NCBI GenBank assembly: GCA_965203295.1
Contig: CBDBCZ010000009.1
Location: forward strand, 1-64,000
Length of the DNA: 64,000 nucleotides
Reading direction: 5' to 3'
Source: Nitrospirales bacterium
GTDB taxonomy: Bacteria > Nitrospirota > Nitrospiria > Nitrospirales > UBA8639
Below are positions 15,385 to 29,050 of this stretch, piece by piece; position 1 is the first letter of the stretch; every line of letters begins with the position of its first letter. The position numbers were made by a program, and so were the translations under genes. Under the pieces are notes generated by a model. That model did no database searches and was not told the DNA's origin. It saw only the letters and a list, made by a program, of their open reading frames with translations.

Positions 15385-18300
15385 CATCATTGGCTAAGGC
15401 CAGGGTTGGAATTCGTAGCTTCCACCTCACTCCATATATGCTGTGGAGCTTCACCATTGCATGCTCAGCAAGGATAGATCTGAGTCATCTACAACAATTA
15501 TGTGCCTTCATGACAGTCTAGGTAGCGAATATAGGTGCTGTATTATGTGCAATCATGATAACCTAGGAAACGAAAATAGCCGGCTAAAGACAGATGGTGC
15601 TAATGGGCTGAAAAGTGGCACTTTAAGCATCATTATGCATTCTCCAAGAGCAAGTGAAAATTCTCACTTATACATATATGCAAGGACTCTCCACAATAGT
15701 AGCTATCTCTGATACAGGTTAAAAAAACTTGCTAGCTAGATCATCATCTACTACAAGTATGTGCAATAATGACCGTCTATGATGCGAAAATAGCCAGCGA
15801 AAGACACATGGTGCTAACGGGATAAAAATGGCACTTTAAGCACCATTGTAAATTCTCCAAAGAGTAATTGCAAATTCACAGACATAAATGCATTTTCTGT
15901 GGAACAGGTTTAGAAGACATGCTAGCAAGGTATCTTCCGTCCTCACCTTGTAATCTCATTAAAGGTCAGAGGGCATCTCAAACCCCAGAGAACTAGCGCT
16001 GTCAGGACCACTCTATCTTCACCTGCCCCAAATAACACACATGCAAAGCTCTTAGGATTGTTACAGCATCAAATTGAATACTAAGACCAGCTAAAAACTA
16101 CTAAAATGGATTTTTTATTTTGGATATGGCATACGTAATTAGACTATATGTGGAGAGTGCATACGGTCTCTGGGTGCTCCCCACCCACCCCCTCGACAAG
16201 TGGTGTCACCTAATGAGAAGAGTGAATTCCTTCTTGAAGTTGCAACATACAAAAGTTCAAAGATCCGAGTCATCTACTACAAGTATGTGTATTAATGACA
16301 GTCTAGGATGCGAAAATAGCCAGAGCAAGACACATGGTGCTAACGGGATAAAAAGTGGCACTTTAAGCACCATTGTGCAATTTCCACAGTATTATCTATC
16401 TCTGGTACAAGATTACTATACAGATGTCATCATCAGGGGTAGAGTGAGGTGTTACAAAAGTATTGCTTGAAACAAGGAAAGTAGTGAATAATTAAGAACG
16501 AGCGAATATTTAGAATAGGAGGAAAATGAGGACTGAAACAAAACAGGGAATAGAGTCAGGTACAGCGGGGAGGCTGGAGTAGGACAGATGGACAAGACCA
16601 AGTTCCTTGTTTATGGGATGGTGCTATGATTGGATGTACCATAAACAAACGGTACATCATTGGCTAAGGCCAGGGTTGGAATCCGTAACATCCACTTCAC
16701 TCCATGTAATGCGGTGGTACATCACCATTGCATGCTCAGCAAGGATAGATCTGAGTCATCTAATACAACTATGTGCCTTCATGACAGTCTAGGTAGTGTA
16801 CATAGCTGTAGAAAAACACATGGTGCTAGTGGGATGAAAAGTGGCACTTTAAGCACCATTGTGCATTCTCCAAACAGCAAGTGAAAATTCTCAGCCATAC
16901 ATAATATGCAAGGCTTCTCCACAATAGTACGTAGCTATTTCTGATACATGTTAAGAAAACTTACTAGCAAGAAAGATTGACTACAAATTAATGCATTCAT
17001 GTCAATCTAGGAAATAAAAATATCCAGCGAAAGACACATGGTGCTAAAGGGCTGAAAAGTGGCACTTAAGCACCATTGTGAATTCTCCAAAGGCAAGTGA
17101 AAATTCTCAGACATAAATGCATTTAAGACCTCTCTATAAAAGCAGCTATCTGTGATACAGGTTTAGATGACTTGCTAGCAAGGTATCTTCTCTGCTCACC
17201 TTGTAATCTCATTAAAGGTCAGAGGGCGTCTCATATCCTGGAGAACTAGCGTTGTCAGGACCACTCTATCCTCACCTGCTCAAAATAACACTCATGCAAA
17301 GTTCTTAAGATTGGTACAGCATCAATACTAAGACCAGCTAAGAACTAGTAAAATGAATTTTTAATTTGGATACCGGCATACGTAATTAGACTATATGTGG
17401 AGAGTGCATACAATCTCCGGGTGCTCCCCACCCACCCCCTCGACAAATGGTGTCACCTAATGAGAAGTGTAAATTCTTTCTTCAAGTTGCAACGTACAAA
17501 AGTTCAAAGATCCGAGTCATCTACTACAAGTATGTGCATTAATGACAGTCTAGGATGCGAAAATAGTCAGCGAAAGACACATGGTGCTAACGAGGTAAAA
17601 AGTGGCACTTAAGCAACATTGTGCAATTCACACAGTATTATCTACCTCTGGTACAAGATTACTATACAGCTGTCAACATCAGGGGTAGAGTGAGATGTTA
17701 CAAAAGTACTGCTTGAAACAAGGGAAAGTAGTGAATAATTAAAAACGAGCGAATAATTAGGATAGGAGGGAAATGAGGACTGAAACAAAACAGGAAATAG
17801 AGTCAGGTACATCGGGGAGGCTGGAATAGTTAATTGTAGGACTGATGGACAAGACGAAGTTCCTTGTTGATGGGATGGTTCTATGATTGGATGTGCCATA
17901 CCAGAATGGTACATCATTGGCTAAGGCCAGGGTTGGAATCCGTAGCATCCTCCTCACGCGGTGCTTCACCATTGCATGCTCAGCATGGATAGATATGAGT
18001 CATCTAATACAAATATGTGCCTTCATGACAGTCTAGGAGGCGAACATAGCCGTAGAAAGGCACATGGTGCTAGTGGGTTGAAAAGTGGCACTTTAAGCAC
18101 CATTGCGCATTCTCCAAACAACAAGTGAAAATCCTCAGCCATACATATATGCAGGGCCTCTCCACAATAGTAGCTATTTCTGATACAGGTTAAGATAATT
18201 TGCTAGCAAGAAAGATCTGCATCATAAACTACAAATTAGTGCATTCATGACAATTTAGGAAATAAAAATACCCAGCTAAAGACACATGGTGCTAAGGGGC

Positions 18301-21300
18301 TGAAAAGTTGCGCATAAGCACCATTGTAAATTCTCTAAAGAGAGAGTGAAAACTCTCGGACCTAAATGCATTTAAGACCTCTCTACAATAGTAGCTATCT
18401 GTGATACAGGTTTTGAAGGCTTGCTAGCAAGCTATCTTCTCTGCTCAATTTGAAATGTCACCAAAGGTCAGAGGGCATCTCAAACCCTGGAGAACTAGCG
18501 CTGTCAGGAACACCCCATCAGTACATGCTCAAGATAACAACACTCAAGCACAGTTATTAGGATCGCTACAGCCTCATTACTAAGACCAGCTAAGAACTAG
18601 TATGATAAATTTTTAATTTGGATACTGGTATAGTTAATTCTATGTGGAGAGTGCATACAGTCTTCGGGTGCTCTCTCCCTCCCCGCCCCACAAATGTGTC
18701 ACTATAAGGAAGTGTGGAACCCTTCTTCAAGTTGCAACGTACAAAGATTCAAAGATCTGAGTCATCTACCACAAGTATGTGCGTTCATGAGATCTAGGAT
18801 ACAAAAATAGCCCGCAAAAGACACATGGTGCTACATGTACATGTAATGGGATGAAAAGTGGCACTTTAAGCACCATTGTAAATTCTCTAAAGAGCGAGTG
18901 AAAACTCTCTGACCTAAATGCATTTAAGACCTCTCCACAATAGTAGCTAACTGTGATACAGGTTTAGAAGACTTGCTAGGAAGATATCTTCTCTGCTCGT
19001 CTTGAAATCTCATCAAAGGTCAGAAGGCACCTCAAACTCTGGTTAGCTAGCACCGTCAGGAACACCCCATCAGCACATGCCCAAGATAACACTCAAGCAC
19101 AGTTCTAAGGACTGTTACAGCCTCATTACTAAGACCAGCTATAAACTAGTAAAGTGAATTTTTGATTGGGATACTAGTGTACGTAATTAGACTATATGTG
19201 GAGAGTACAAACAGTTTCCGAGTGCTCCCCACCCACTCTCTCTAGTACAAGATTCCTATACTGCTGTCATCATCAGTGGTAGAGTGAGGTGTAACTAAAG
19301 TACTGCTTGAAACAAGGCTAAGTGGTGAATAATTAAAAATGAGCGAATAATTAGGATAGGAGGAAAAAGAGGACTGAAACAAAACAGGGAATAGAGTCAG
19401 GTACAGCGGGGAGGCTGGATTAGTGAATTGTAGGCCTGATGGACAAGACCAAGTTTCTTGTTGATGGGATGGTGCTATGATTTGATGTGCCATACCCGAA
19501 TGGTACATCATTGGCTAAGGCCAGGGTTGGAATTCGTAACATCCACCTCACTCAATGTAATGCTGTGGTGCTTCACCATTGATTGCTCAGCAAGGATAGA
19601 TCTGAGTCATCTACTACAAATATGTGCCTTCATGACAGTCTAGGTAGCGAACATAGCTGCAGAAAGACACATGGTGCTAGTAGGATGAAAAGTGGCACTT
19701 TAAGCACCATTGTGCATTCTCCAAACAGCAAGTGAAAATTCTCAGCCATACATATATGCAAGGCCTTTCCACAATAGTAGGTATTTCTGATACAGGTTAA
19801 GAAAACTTGCTAGCAAGCATCATCAACTACAAATTAGTGCATTCATGACAATCTAGGAAATAAAAATACCAACGAAAGACACATGATGCTAAAGGGCTGA
19901 AAAGTGGCACTTAAGCACCATTGCGAATTCTCCAAAGAGCAAGTGAAAATTCTCAGACATAAATGCATTTAAGACCTCTTCACAATAGTAGCTATCTGTG
20001 ATACAGATTTAGATGACTAGTTAGCAATTTATTTTCTCTGCTCGCCTTGTAATCTTATCAAAGGTCAGAGAGAATCTCAAACCCTGGTGAAGTTACACCG
20101 TCAGGACCACCCCATCAGCACCTGCTCAAAATAACACTCAAGCACAGTTCTTAGTATTATTACACACTCATTACTAAGACCAGCGAAACACTAGTAAAAA
20201 AGGTTTTAATTTGAATACTGGCATAATTAGACTATGTGGAAGGTGCATACAGTCTCCGGGTGCTCCCCACACCCCCCCCCCCCCCCCCCACAAGTGGTGT
20301 CACCTAAAGAGAAGTGCAAATCCCTTCTTCAAGTTGTAACGTACAAACGTTCGAATATCCGAGTCATCTACTACAAGTATGTGCATTAATGACAGTCTAG
20401 GATGCAAAAATAGCCAGTGAAAGACACATGGTGCTAACGGGAAAAAAAGTGTCACTTAAGCACCATTGTGCAATTTCCACAGTATTATCTATCTCTGGTA
20501 CAAGATTACTATACAGCTGTCATCATCAGGGGTAGAGTGAGGCATTACAAAAGTACTGTTTGAAACAAGGCTAAGTGGTGAATAATTAAAAATGAGTGAA
20601 TAATTAGGATAGGAGGGAAAAGAGGACTGAAACAAAACAGGGAATAGAGTCAGGTACAGCGGGAAGGCAAGATTAGTGAATTGTAGGGCTGATGGACAAG
20701 ACCAAGTTCCTTGTTGATGGGATGGTGCTATGATTGGATGTGCCATACCCGAATGGTACATCATTGGCTAAGTCCAGGGTTGAAATTCGTAACATCCACT
20801 TCACTCCATGTAATGCCGTGGTGCTTCACCATTGCATGCTCAGCAAGGATAGATCTGAGTCATCTACTACAAATATGTGCCTTCATGAGTCTAGGTAGCG
20901 AACATAGCTGTAGAAAGACACATGGTGCTAGTGGGATGAAAAGTGGCACTTTAAGAACCATTGTGCATTCTCCAAACAGCAAGTGAAAATTCTCAGCCAT
21001 ATATATATGCAAGCCCTCTCCACAATAGCAGCTATTTCTGATACAGGTTAAGAAATCTTGCTAGAAAGAAAGAACTGCATAAATGACTGCAAATTAGTGC
21101 ATTCATGTCAATCTAGGAAATAAAAATACCCAGCGAAAGACACATGGTGCTAAAGGGATGAAAAGTGGCATTTAAGCACCATTGTGAATTCTCTAATGAG
21201 CAAGTGAAAATTCTCGGACATAAATGCATTTAAGACCTCTCCACAATAGTAGCTATCTGTGATACAGGTTTAGATGACTTGTTAGCAAAGTATCATCATC

Positions 21301-24300
21301 AGGGGTAGAGTGAGGCATTACAAAAGTACTGTTTGAAACAAGGCAAAGTGGTGAATAATTAAAAATGAGTGAATAATTAGGATAGGAGGGAAAAGAGGAC
21401 TGAAACAAAACAGGGAATAGAGTCAGGTACAGCGGGGAGGCTGGATTAGTGAATTGTAGGACTGATGGACAAGACCAAGTTCCTTATTTATGGGATGGTG
21501 CTGTGATTGGATGTACCATAAACAAACGGTACATCATTGGCTAAGGCCAGGGTTGGAATCCGTAACATCCACTTCACTCCATGTAATGTGGTGGTACATC
21601 ACCATTGCATGCTCAGCAAGGATAGATATGAGTCATCTAATACAACTATGTGCCTTCATGACAGTCTGGGTAGCGTACATAGCTGTAGAAAAACACATGG
21701 TGCTAGTGGGATGAAAAGTGGCACTTTAAGCACCATTGTGCATTCTCCAAACAGCAAGTGAAAATTCTCAGCCATACATAATATGCAAGGCTTCTCCACA
21801 ATAGTACGTAGCTATTTCTGATACATGTTAAGAAAACTTACTAGCAAGAAAGATTGACTACAAATTAGTGCATTCATGTCAATCTAGGAAATAAAAATAC
21901 CCAGCGAAAGACACATGGTGCTAAAGGGCTGAAAAGTGGCACTTAAGCACCATTGTGCATTTTCCAAAGAGCAAGTGAAAATTCTCAGACATAAATGCAT
22001 TTAAGACCTCTCTATAAAAGCAGCTATCTGTGATACAGGTTTAGATGACTTGTTAGCAAGGTATCTTCTCTGCTCACCTTGTAATCTTATTAAAGGTCAG
22101 AGGGCGTCTCATATCCTGGAGAACTAGCGCTGTCAGGACCACTCTATCCTCACCTGCTCAAAATAACACTCATGCAAAGTTCTTAAGATTGGTACGTACA
22201 GCATCAATACTAAGACCAGCTAAGAACTAGTAAAATGAATTTTTAATTTGGATAACGGCATACGTAATTAGACTATATGTGGAGAGTGCATACAATCTCC
22301 GGGTGCTCCCCACCCACCCCCTCGACAAATGGTGTCACCTAATGAGAAGTGTAAATTCCTTCTTCAAGTTGCAACGTACAAAAGTTCAAAGATCCGAGTC
22401 ATCTACTACAAGTATGTGCACAGTCTAGGATGCGAAAATAGCCAGCGAAAGACACATGGTGCTAACGAGATAAAAAGTGGCACTTAAGCAACATTGTGCA
22501 ATTCACACAGTATTATCTACCTCTGGTACAAGATTACTATACAGCTGTCAACATCAGGGGTAGAGTGAGGTGTTACAAAAGTACTGCTTGAAACAAGGGA
22601 AAGTAGTGAATAATTAAAAACGAGCGAATAATTAGGATAGGAGGGAAATGAGGACTGAAACAAAACAGGAAATAGAGTCAGGTACATCGGGGAGGCTGGA
22701 ATAGTTAATTGTAGGACTGATGGACAAGACGAAGTTCCTTGTTGATGGGATGGTTCTATGATTGGATGTGCCATACCCGAATGGTACATCATTGGCTAAG
22801 GCCAGGGTTGGAATCCGTAACATCCACCTCACTCGGTGCTTCACCATTGCGTGCTCAGCATGGATAGATATGAGTCGTCTAATACAAATATGTGCCTTCA
22901 TGACAGTCTAGGAGGCGAACATAGCCGTAGAAAGACACATGGTGCTAGTGGGATGAAAAGTGGCACTTTAAGCACCATTGCGCATTCTCCAAACAACAAG
23001 TGAAAATCCTCAGCCATACATATATGCAAGGCCTCTCCACAATAGTAGCTATTTCTGATACAGGTTAAGATAATTTGCTAGCAAGAAAGATCTGCATCAT
23101 AAACTACAAATTAGTGCATTCATGACAATTTAGGAAATAAAAATACCCAGCTAAAGACACATGGTGCTAAAGGGCTGAAAAGTTGCGCATAAGCACCATT
23201 GTAAATTCTCTAAAGAGCGAGTGAAAACTCTCGGACCTAAATGCATTTAAGACCTCTCTACAATAGTAGCTATCTGTGATACAGGTTTTGAAGGCTTGCT
23301 AGCAAGGTATCTTCTCTGCTCAACTTGAATGTCACCAAAGGTCAGAGGGCATCTCAAACCCTGGAGAACTAGCGCTGTCAGGAACACCCCATCAGTACAT
23401 GCTCAAGATAACAACACTCAAGCACAGTTATTAGGATCGCTACAGCCTCATTACTAAGACCAGCTAAGAACTAGTATGATAAATTTTTAATTTGGATACT
23501 GGTATAGTTAATTCTATGTGGAGAGTGCATACAGTCTTCGGGTGCTCTCTCCCTCCCCGGCCCACAAATGGTGTCACCTAAGGAAGTGTGGATCCCTTCT
23601 TCAAGTTGCAACGTACAAAGATTCAAAGATCTGAGTCATCTACTACAAGTATGTGCGTTCATGAGATTTAGGATACAAAAATAGCCCGCAAAAGACACAT
23701 GGTGCTACATGTAATGGGATGAAAAGTGGCACTTTAAGCACCATTGTAAATTCTCTAAAGAGCGAGTGAAAACTCTCGGACCTAAATGCATTTAAGACCT
23801 CTCTACAATAGTAGCTATCTATGATACAGGTTTTGAAGGCTTGCTAGCAAGGTATCTTCTCTGCTCAACTTGAAATGTCACCAAAGGTCAGAGGGCATCT
23901 CAAACCCTGGAGAACTAGCGCTGTCAGGAACACCCCATCAGTACATGCTCAAGATAACAACACTCAAGCACAGTTCTTAGGATCGTACAGCCTCATTACT
24001 AAGACCAGCTAAGAACTAGTATGATGAATTTTTAATTTGGATACTGGTATAGTTAATTCTATGTGGAGAGTGCATACAGTCTTTGGGTGCTCTCTCCCTC
24101 CCCGGCCCATAAATGGTGTCACCTAAGGAAGTGTGGATCCCTTCTTCAAGTTGCAACGTACAAAGATTCAAAGATCTGAGTCATCTACCACAAGTATGTG
24201 CGTTCATCAGATCTAGGATACAAAAATAGCCCGCAAAAGACACATGGTGCTACATGTACATGTAATGGGATGAAAAGTGGCACTTTAAGCACCATTGTAA

Positions 24301-25939
24301 ATTCTCTAAAGAGCGAGTGAAAACTGTCTGACCTAAATGCATTTAAGACCTCTCTACAATAGTAGCTATCTGTGATACAGGTTTAGAAGAATTGCTAGCA
24401 AGGTATCTTCTCTGCTCGTCTTGAAATCTCATCAAAGGTCAGAGGGCATCTCAAACTCTGGTTAACTAGCACCGTCAGGAACACCCCATCAGCACATGCC
24501 CAAGATAACACACATGCAGAGTTCTTAGGATTGTTACAGCATCAATACTAAGACCAGCTAAGAACTAGCAAAATGAATTTTTGATTGGGATACTGGTGTA
24601 CGTAATTAGACTATATGTGGAGAGTACATACAGTTTCCGAGTGCTCCCCACCCACTTCCTCGACAAGTTGTATCACCTAATGGGAAGTGTAAATCCCTTC
24701 TTCAAGTTGGAACGTACAAACTTTCAAAGATCCTAGTCATCTACTACATGTATGTGCATTATAGACAGTCTAGGAAGTGAAAATAGCCAGCGAAAGACAC
24801 ATGGTGCTAACGGGATAAAAAGTGGCACTTATGCACCATTGTGCAATTTCCACAGTAATATCTCTCTCTGGTACAAGATTACTATACAGTGGTCATCATT
24901 AGGGGTAGAGTGAGGTGTTACTAAAGTACTGCTTGAAACAAGGTAAAGTGGTGAATAATTAAAAACGAGTAAATAATTAGGATAGGAGGGGAAAAGAGGA
25001 CTGAAACAAAACAGGGAATAGAGTCAGGTACAGCGGGAAGGCAAGATTAGTGAATTGTAGGGCTGATGGACAAGACCAAGTTCCTTGTTGATGGGATATG
25101 GTGCTATGATTGGATGTGCCATACCCGAGTGGTACATCATTGGCTAAGACCAGGGTTGGAATTCGTAACATCCACCTCACTCCATGTAATGCTGTGGTGC
25201 TTCACCATTGCATGCTCAGCAAGGATAGATCTGAGTCATCTAATACAACTATGTGTCTTCATGAGTCTAGGTAGCGCACATAGCTGTAGAAAGACACACG
25301 GTGCTTAAGGGTTGAAAAGTGGCACTTAAGCACCATTGTGAATTCTCCAAAGGGCAAGTGAAAATTCTCAGACATAATGCATTTAAGACCTCTCTACAAT
25401 AGTAGCTATCTGTGATACAGGTTTAGATGACTTGCTAGCACGGTATCTTCTCTGCTCAACTTGAAATGTCACCAAAGGTCAGAGGGCATCTCAAACCCTG
25501 GAGAACTAGCGCTGTCAGGAACACCCCATCAGTACATACTCAAGATAACAACACTCAAGCACAGTTCTTAGGATTCTTACTGCCTCATTACTAAGACCAG
25601 CTAAGAACTAGTATGATAAATTTTTAATTTGGATACTGGTATAGTTAATTCTATGTGGAGAGTGCGTACAGTCTTCGGGTGCTCTCTCCCTCCCCGGCCC
25701 ACAAATGGTGTCGCCTAAGGAAGTGTGGATCCCTTCTTCAAGTTGCAACGTACAAACATTCAAAGATCTGAGTCATCTACTACAAGTATGTGCATTCATG
25801 AGATCTAGGATACAAAAATAGCCCGTAAAAGACACATGGTGCTACATGTAATGGGATGAAAAGTGGCACTTTAAGCACCATTGTAAATTCTCTAAAGAGC
25901 GAGTGAAAACTCTCTGACCTAAATGTATTTAAGACCTCT
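15385..25939 (-). repeat. Same complex satellite, inverted arm
   Basis: Reverse-complement cores (CACATGGTGCTA...AAAAGTGGCACTTAAGCACCATTGTG) occur about 24 times between ~15595 and ~25836, with the same modules. Confidence 0.95.
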
Positions 25940-26130
25940 AGGTGTCTTTTCTTCCCAATGTGCATATTGAGTGGTGTCTAGCTGACCAACACAGGTGATG
26001 TCACAGTCAGCACACGGGATTCGGTACACGACTCCCTTCCTCTGGTCAACTTTACTGGATCTTTCGGAAGGACAAGGATGTTGGGCAAGGTCATGAGATT
26101 TCGGAAATATGTCATGATCTGGATGGGGTT
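25940..26130 (-). pseudogene. Penelope-like GIY-YIG endonuclease N-terminal fragment
   Basis: Minus strand reads TLPNILVLPKDPV, then after a 1-nt shift VDQRKGVVYRIPCADCDITCVGQ, matching PLE KD....GVVYxIxCxxCxxxYVGQT. Confidence 0.8.
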
Positions 26131-26139
26131 AAAAATCCC

Positions 26140-28260
26140 AAGAGTCAGCATCATGTACGTACTACAAATATTTGCAGCATGAGAATTTAAAAAAGGAAAA
26201 TAACCAGCGAAAGACTCATGGTGCTAATTTGATGAATTTAAAACCATTGCACATTATCCACCCCACAAATTAAAATCCACAGCCCTAAGAATAGTAACTA
26301 TCTCAGGTACAAGATTACTGCTATCTAGGAATCTTCTCTTCTCAACTGCAAATATCATTCACAGACAATTTCAAACTCTGGTGCACCAGTCTTGTGAGGA
26401 ACACCATACACCTGAGCAGGTGAAAATAATCATTCATGCACAGGATTTTTCAGCCTCATTACTAAGACCAGCTTTGAATTGTATTTAAAACGGATGCTGA
26501 GAAAAAAGTATGTGGAGAGTACATACAGCCTTAGGGTGCCCCCCTTTTGGAGAGGTGCCTCTTAGGAGAGATGTGAATACTTTCTTCAAGTTGGCAATTT
26601 AAGCACCGTTGCACATTTTCCATCGAGCAAGTGAAAATCCCCGGCCACAAGACATCTCCATAACGGTAGCTATCTCTGGCACAAGATTGTTAGCAAAGAA
26701 ACTTCTTTTCTCACCTGTGAATCTGATCAAGACTCGAGCAAACTCCAGTGCACCAGTCCCGTGCAGAACATCACATGCGTACCTGCACAGATGGAAATTA
26801 TCGCTTATGCACACTTTTTACAGCATTTTTACTAAGAACTAGTTAAATGGATTTATAGTTTGAGAGACTACAAAAAATCAATTATGTGGAGAGTACATAG
26901 AGTCTTACGGTGCTCCCCCCCCTTAAGTGGTGCCTACTTCAAGTGGCAACACACAAAGTATCGAAGCTCTGTGTCATTTACTACAAATACATGCATGCAT
27001 GCAGATGCATAAGAATAATTTTAGGAAATGAAAATAGCGGGCGAAAGACACATGGTGCTAATGCAATAAAATGCGGCAATTTAAGCACCACTGTGCATTT
27101 CCATTGAGCAAGTGAAAATTCCAAGCCATAAGACATCTCAACAATAGTACCTATCTCTGGCATGAGATGGGAAAATTTGCTAGCAAGGAATCTTCTCTTC
27201 TTACCTGTAAAGCTCTCCTAAAAGACCCGCAGCAATTTCAAACTGCAGTGCACCAGTCCTGTGAGGAACACCATACACCTGCACAGGTGGAAATTATCGC
27301 TTGTGCATAGATTTTAGGAGTATTATAGCATTATCACTATGACCAGCTAAGAACTATATAAATGTATTTATAGTTATGACGACTATGAAAAATCAATTGT
27401 TATATTTACCGTACAAATTCTAATTTTTCACCCTCTAATTATTTGGCACACCCCAGTTTTCCACAATTTATTTTTTTCAACAAATTTGTGGGCCCTTTTT
27501 GAAATATTTTTCTAATATTCGCCAGCTGCTGCATGCTAGCAGTAATACTTATGAGTACGTCAGTAGGAATGCCCATGAGTGTGACTGGCTGATACAGAAA
27601 GCCGTACCAAGGACAAGGAGGCGGCCCAACTTACCTGTGCACACGCTGTTTCTTATGAAGACTAGCGTGTGTGCATAACCTTATAGCCTATTGTAGCTAG
27701 ATCTTTGTCTGCTGTGTGTGCGCACGTTTGTTGATATGCTACCACTGCTGAGCACTGTAGTCTGCAGAAGTAGCAAAAGTGGAAGAGAGCATGAAGAGTT
27801 CCTGGCCTGTGTAATAGAAGTGCCTGCCGTGTTGTCTGTTGAATGTTTTACAATGCTCAGACGTGCTGTCAGTATTTCAGACTAATCTTCTATTTATTCG
27901 TCACCACTCATAAAAATTCCTTTCAATCAATTTGTCAACCCAAAATGAAATTATTTCATTTGAACGAATAATTAGAAATTATATGGTATGCACTCTTGGG
28001 AAAGTACGTACAGTCTTAGGGTGCTCTCCCCCCTTCAGTGATGCCCCTTAGGAGAGATCAAGTTGCAATGCACAAAGGGTTATAAGCAATCTCCACAATA
28101 GTAGCTATCTCCCGTACAAGATTTGTTAGTGAGGAATCTTCTCCTCTCCCCTACTAATCTCACCAAAGTCCCGCGGGTACTGTCCCTATATGAGACACCA
28201 TTTGTGCACCTGGGAAGGTAGATGTTATTACTCATGCACAGATATTAGGAGTTGTACAGC
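26140..28260 (-). repeat. Degenerate, older monomers of the satellite
   Basis: Diverged cores at ~26210, ~26597 and ~27045, with B-module motifs (ACTAAGACCAGCT, GTGGAGAGTACATACAG, TTCAAGTTG). No Penelope-derived block is seen. Confidence 0.85.
27409..27986. mobile_element. Non-autonomous Tc1/mariner/pogo-type element inserted in a degenerate monomer
   Basis: TA-CCGTACAAATTCTAATT ... AATTAGAAATTATATGG-TA imperfect TIRs; monomer sequence resumes after 27988. Confidence 0.7.
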
Positions 28261-28854
28261 CTCTAATTATCACTAATGGCATGCACAATGCAAGATATCT
28301 ACACTCCCAAGTGTAGCTACGGGTAAAGATTTAGAAACGTACACTCCCAAGCAGCTAATTGTAATTCTACTCAACACACGTTGCCTTCACATTTAAACTA
28401 ACCTTCCTTCCGTGATACATGGACCATTTGGAGAAAAAAACAATCACAGACTGTCAGTATCATCTGCAAGTTTCACAGTAATAATTATCAAGTTAATTTA
28501 ACCCTTCTAGTGCGGTATTAGCTTAGGACTGCAGACTGCCTCCTAGAGATTTGCTGCTGCGTGGCCAAGTGAAGGAGCCAGGCCGCGGTAGTGTAGTGTT
28601 CTTGAGAGAGTGAAAGTGTCAGAAGTCACTGCAAGTGCAGAGCGTGAAAGAAGCAGCCGCGTTTTGCAAGGAGGACGCGTGGTGCTTATGTCGGGTACTT
28701 ACCGCTTTTTGTATATGTATAATACCTCGGCTGTCCGGGCCTGAGCTGCATCTCCTGGTTCATCCCTTTGTAAGTCACCCGAAAATTTAGCTCCATTACA
28801 CTTACTCACATGGCTGATAGTATTATTTTAGTAGTAGGGTAGCTAGCTACTGAA

Positions 28855-29050
28855 GTAAGGGGGGGTCCAAAGGGTGGGAGTTGTCCGGACATACACAAGG
28901 AGAACAGTAGCTCACAATGAGCTCACAATGCATAACAAGGGCAGACAGAAAGGCCAACTGAATGAAATAAATTTGCTGTTAAATACGAGCACAGGCAGAA
29001 AAGCCTTGGTGTCCGGACAACCCCTACCGTCCGGACACCCACTCACTTAC
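28855..29050. mobile_element. Small degenerate MITE-like inverted-repeat element
   Basis: GGGAGTTGTCCGGACA (~28876) is inverted relative to TGTCCGGACAACCCC (~29010); GTAAG/CTTAC ends. Confidence 0.45.

Larger units (their letters stand above)
3051..15386 (+). repeat. Complex higher-order satellite, forward arm (modules A ~480 bp, B ~545 bp, C ~215 bp)
   Basis: Core CACAATGGTGCTTA(A)AGTGCCACTTTT..CCC..TAGCACCATGTG recurs about 30 times (e.g. ~3532, 4079, 4705, 5250, 5806, 6027, 6509 ... 14998), each followed by one of three recurring sequence blocks. Confidence 0.95.

Noticed and set aside
3051..25939. CRISPR-like array (palindromic repeat plus spacers)
   Set aside because: The 'spacers' are 170-500 bp, fall into three recurring homologous classes, no cas genes are present, and the context is eukaryotic.
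3543..25965. Recurrent short ORFs (MMYHSG..., MLMGWC..., MLPTHPLDK...)
   Set aside because: Stops and frameshifts differ between copies; they are by-products of the repeat.
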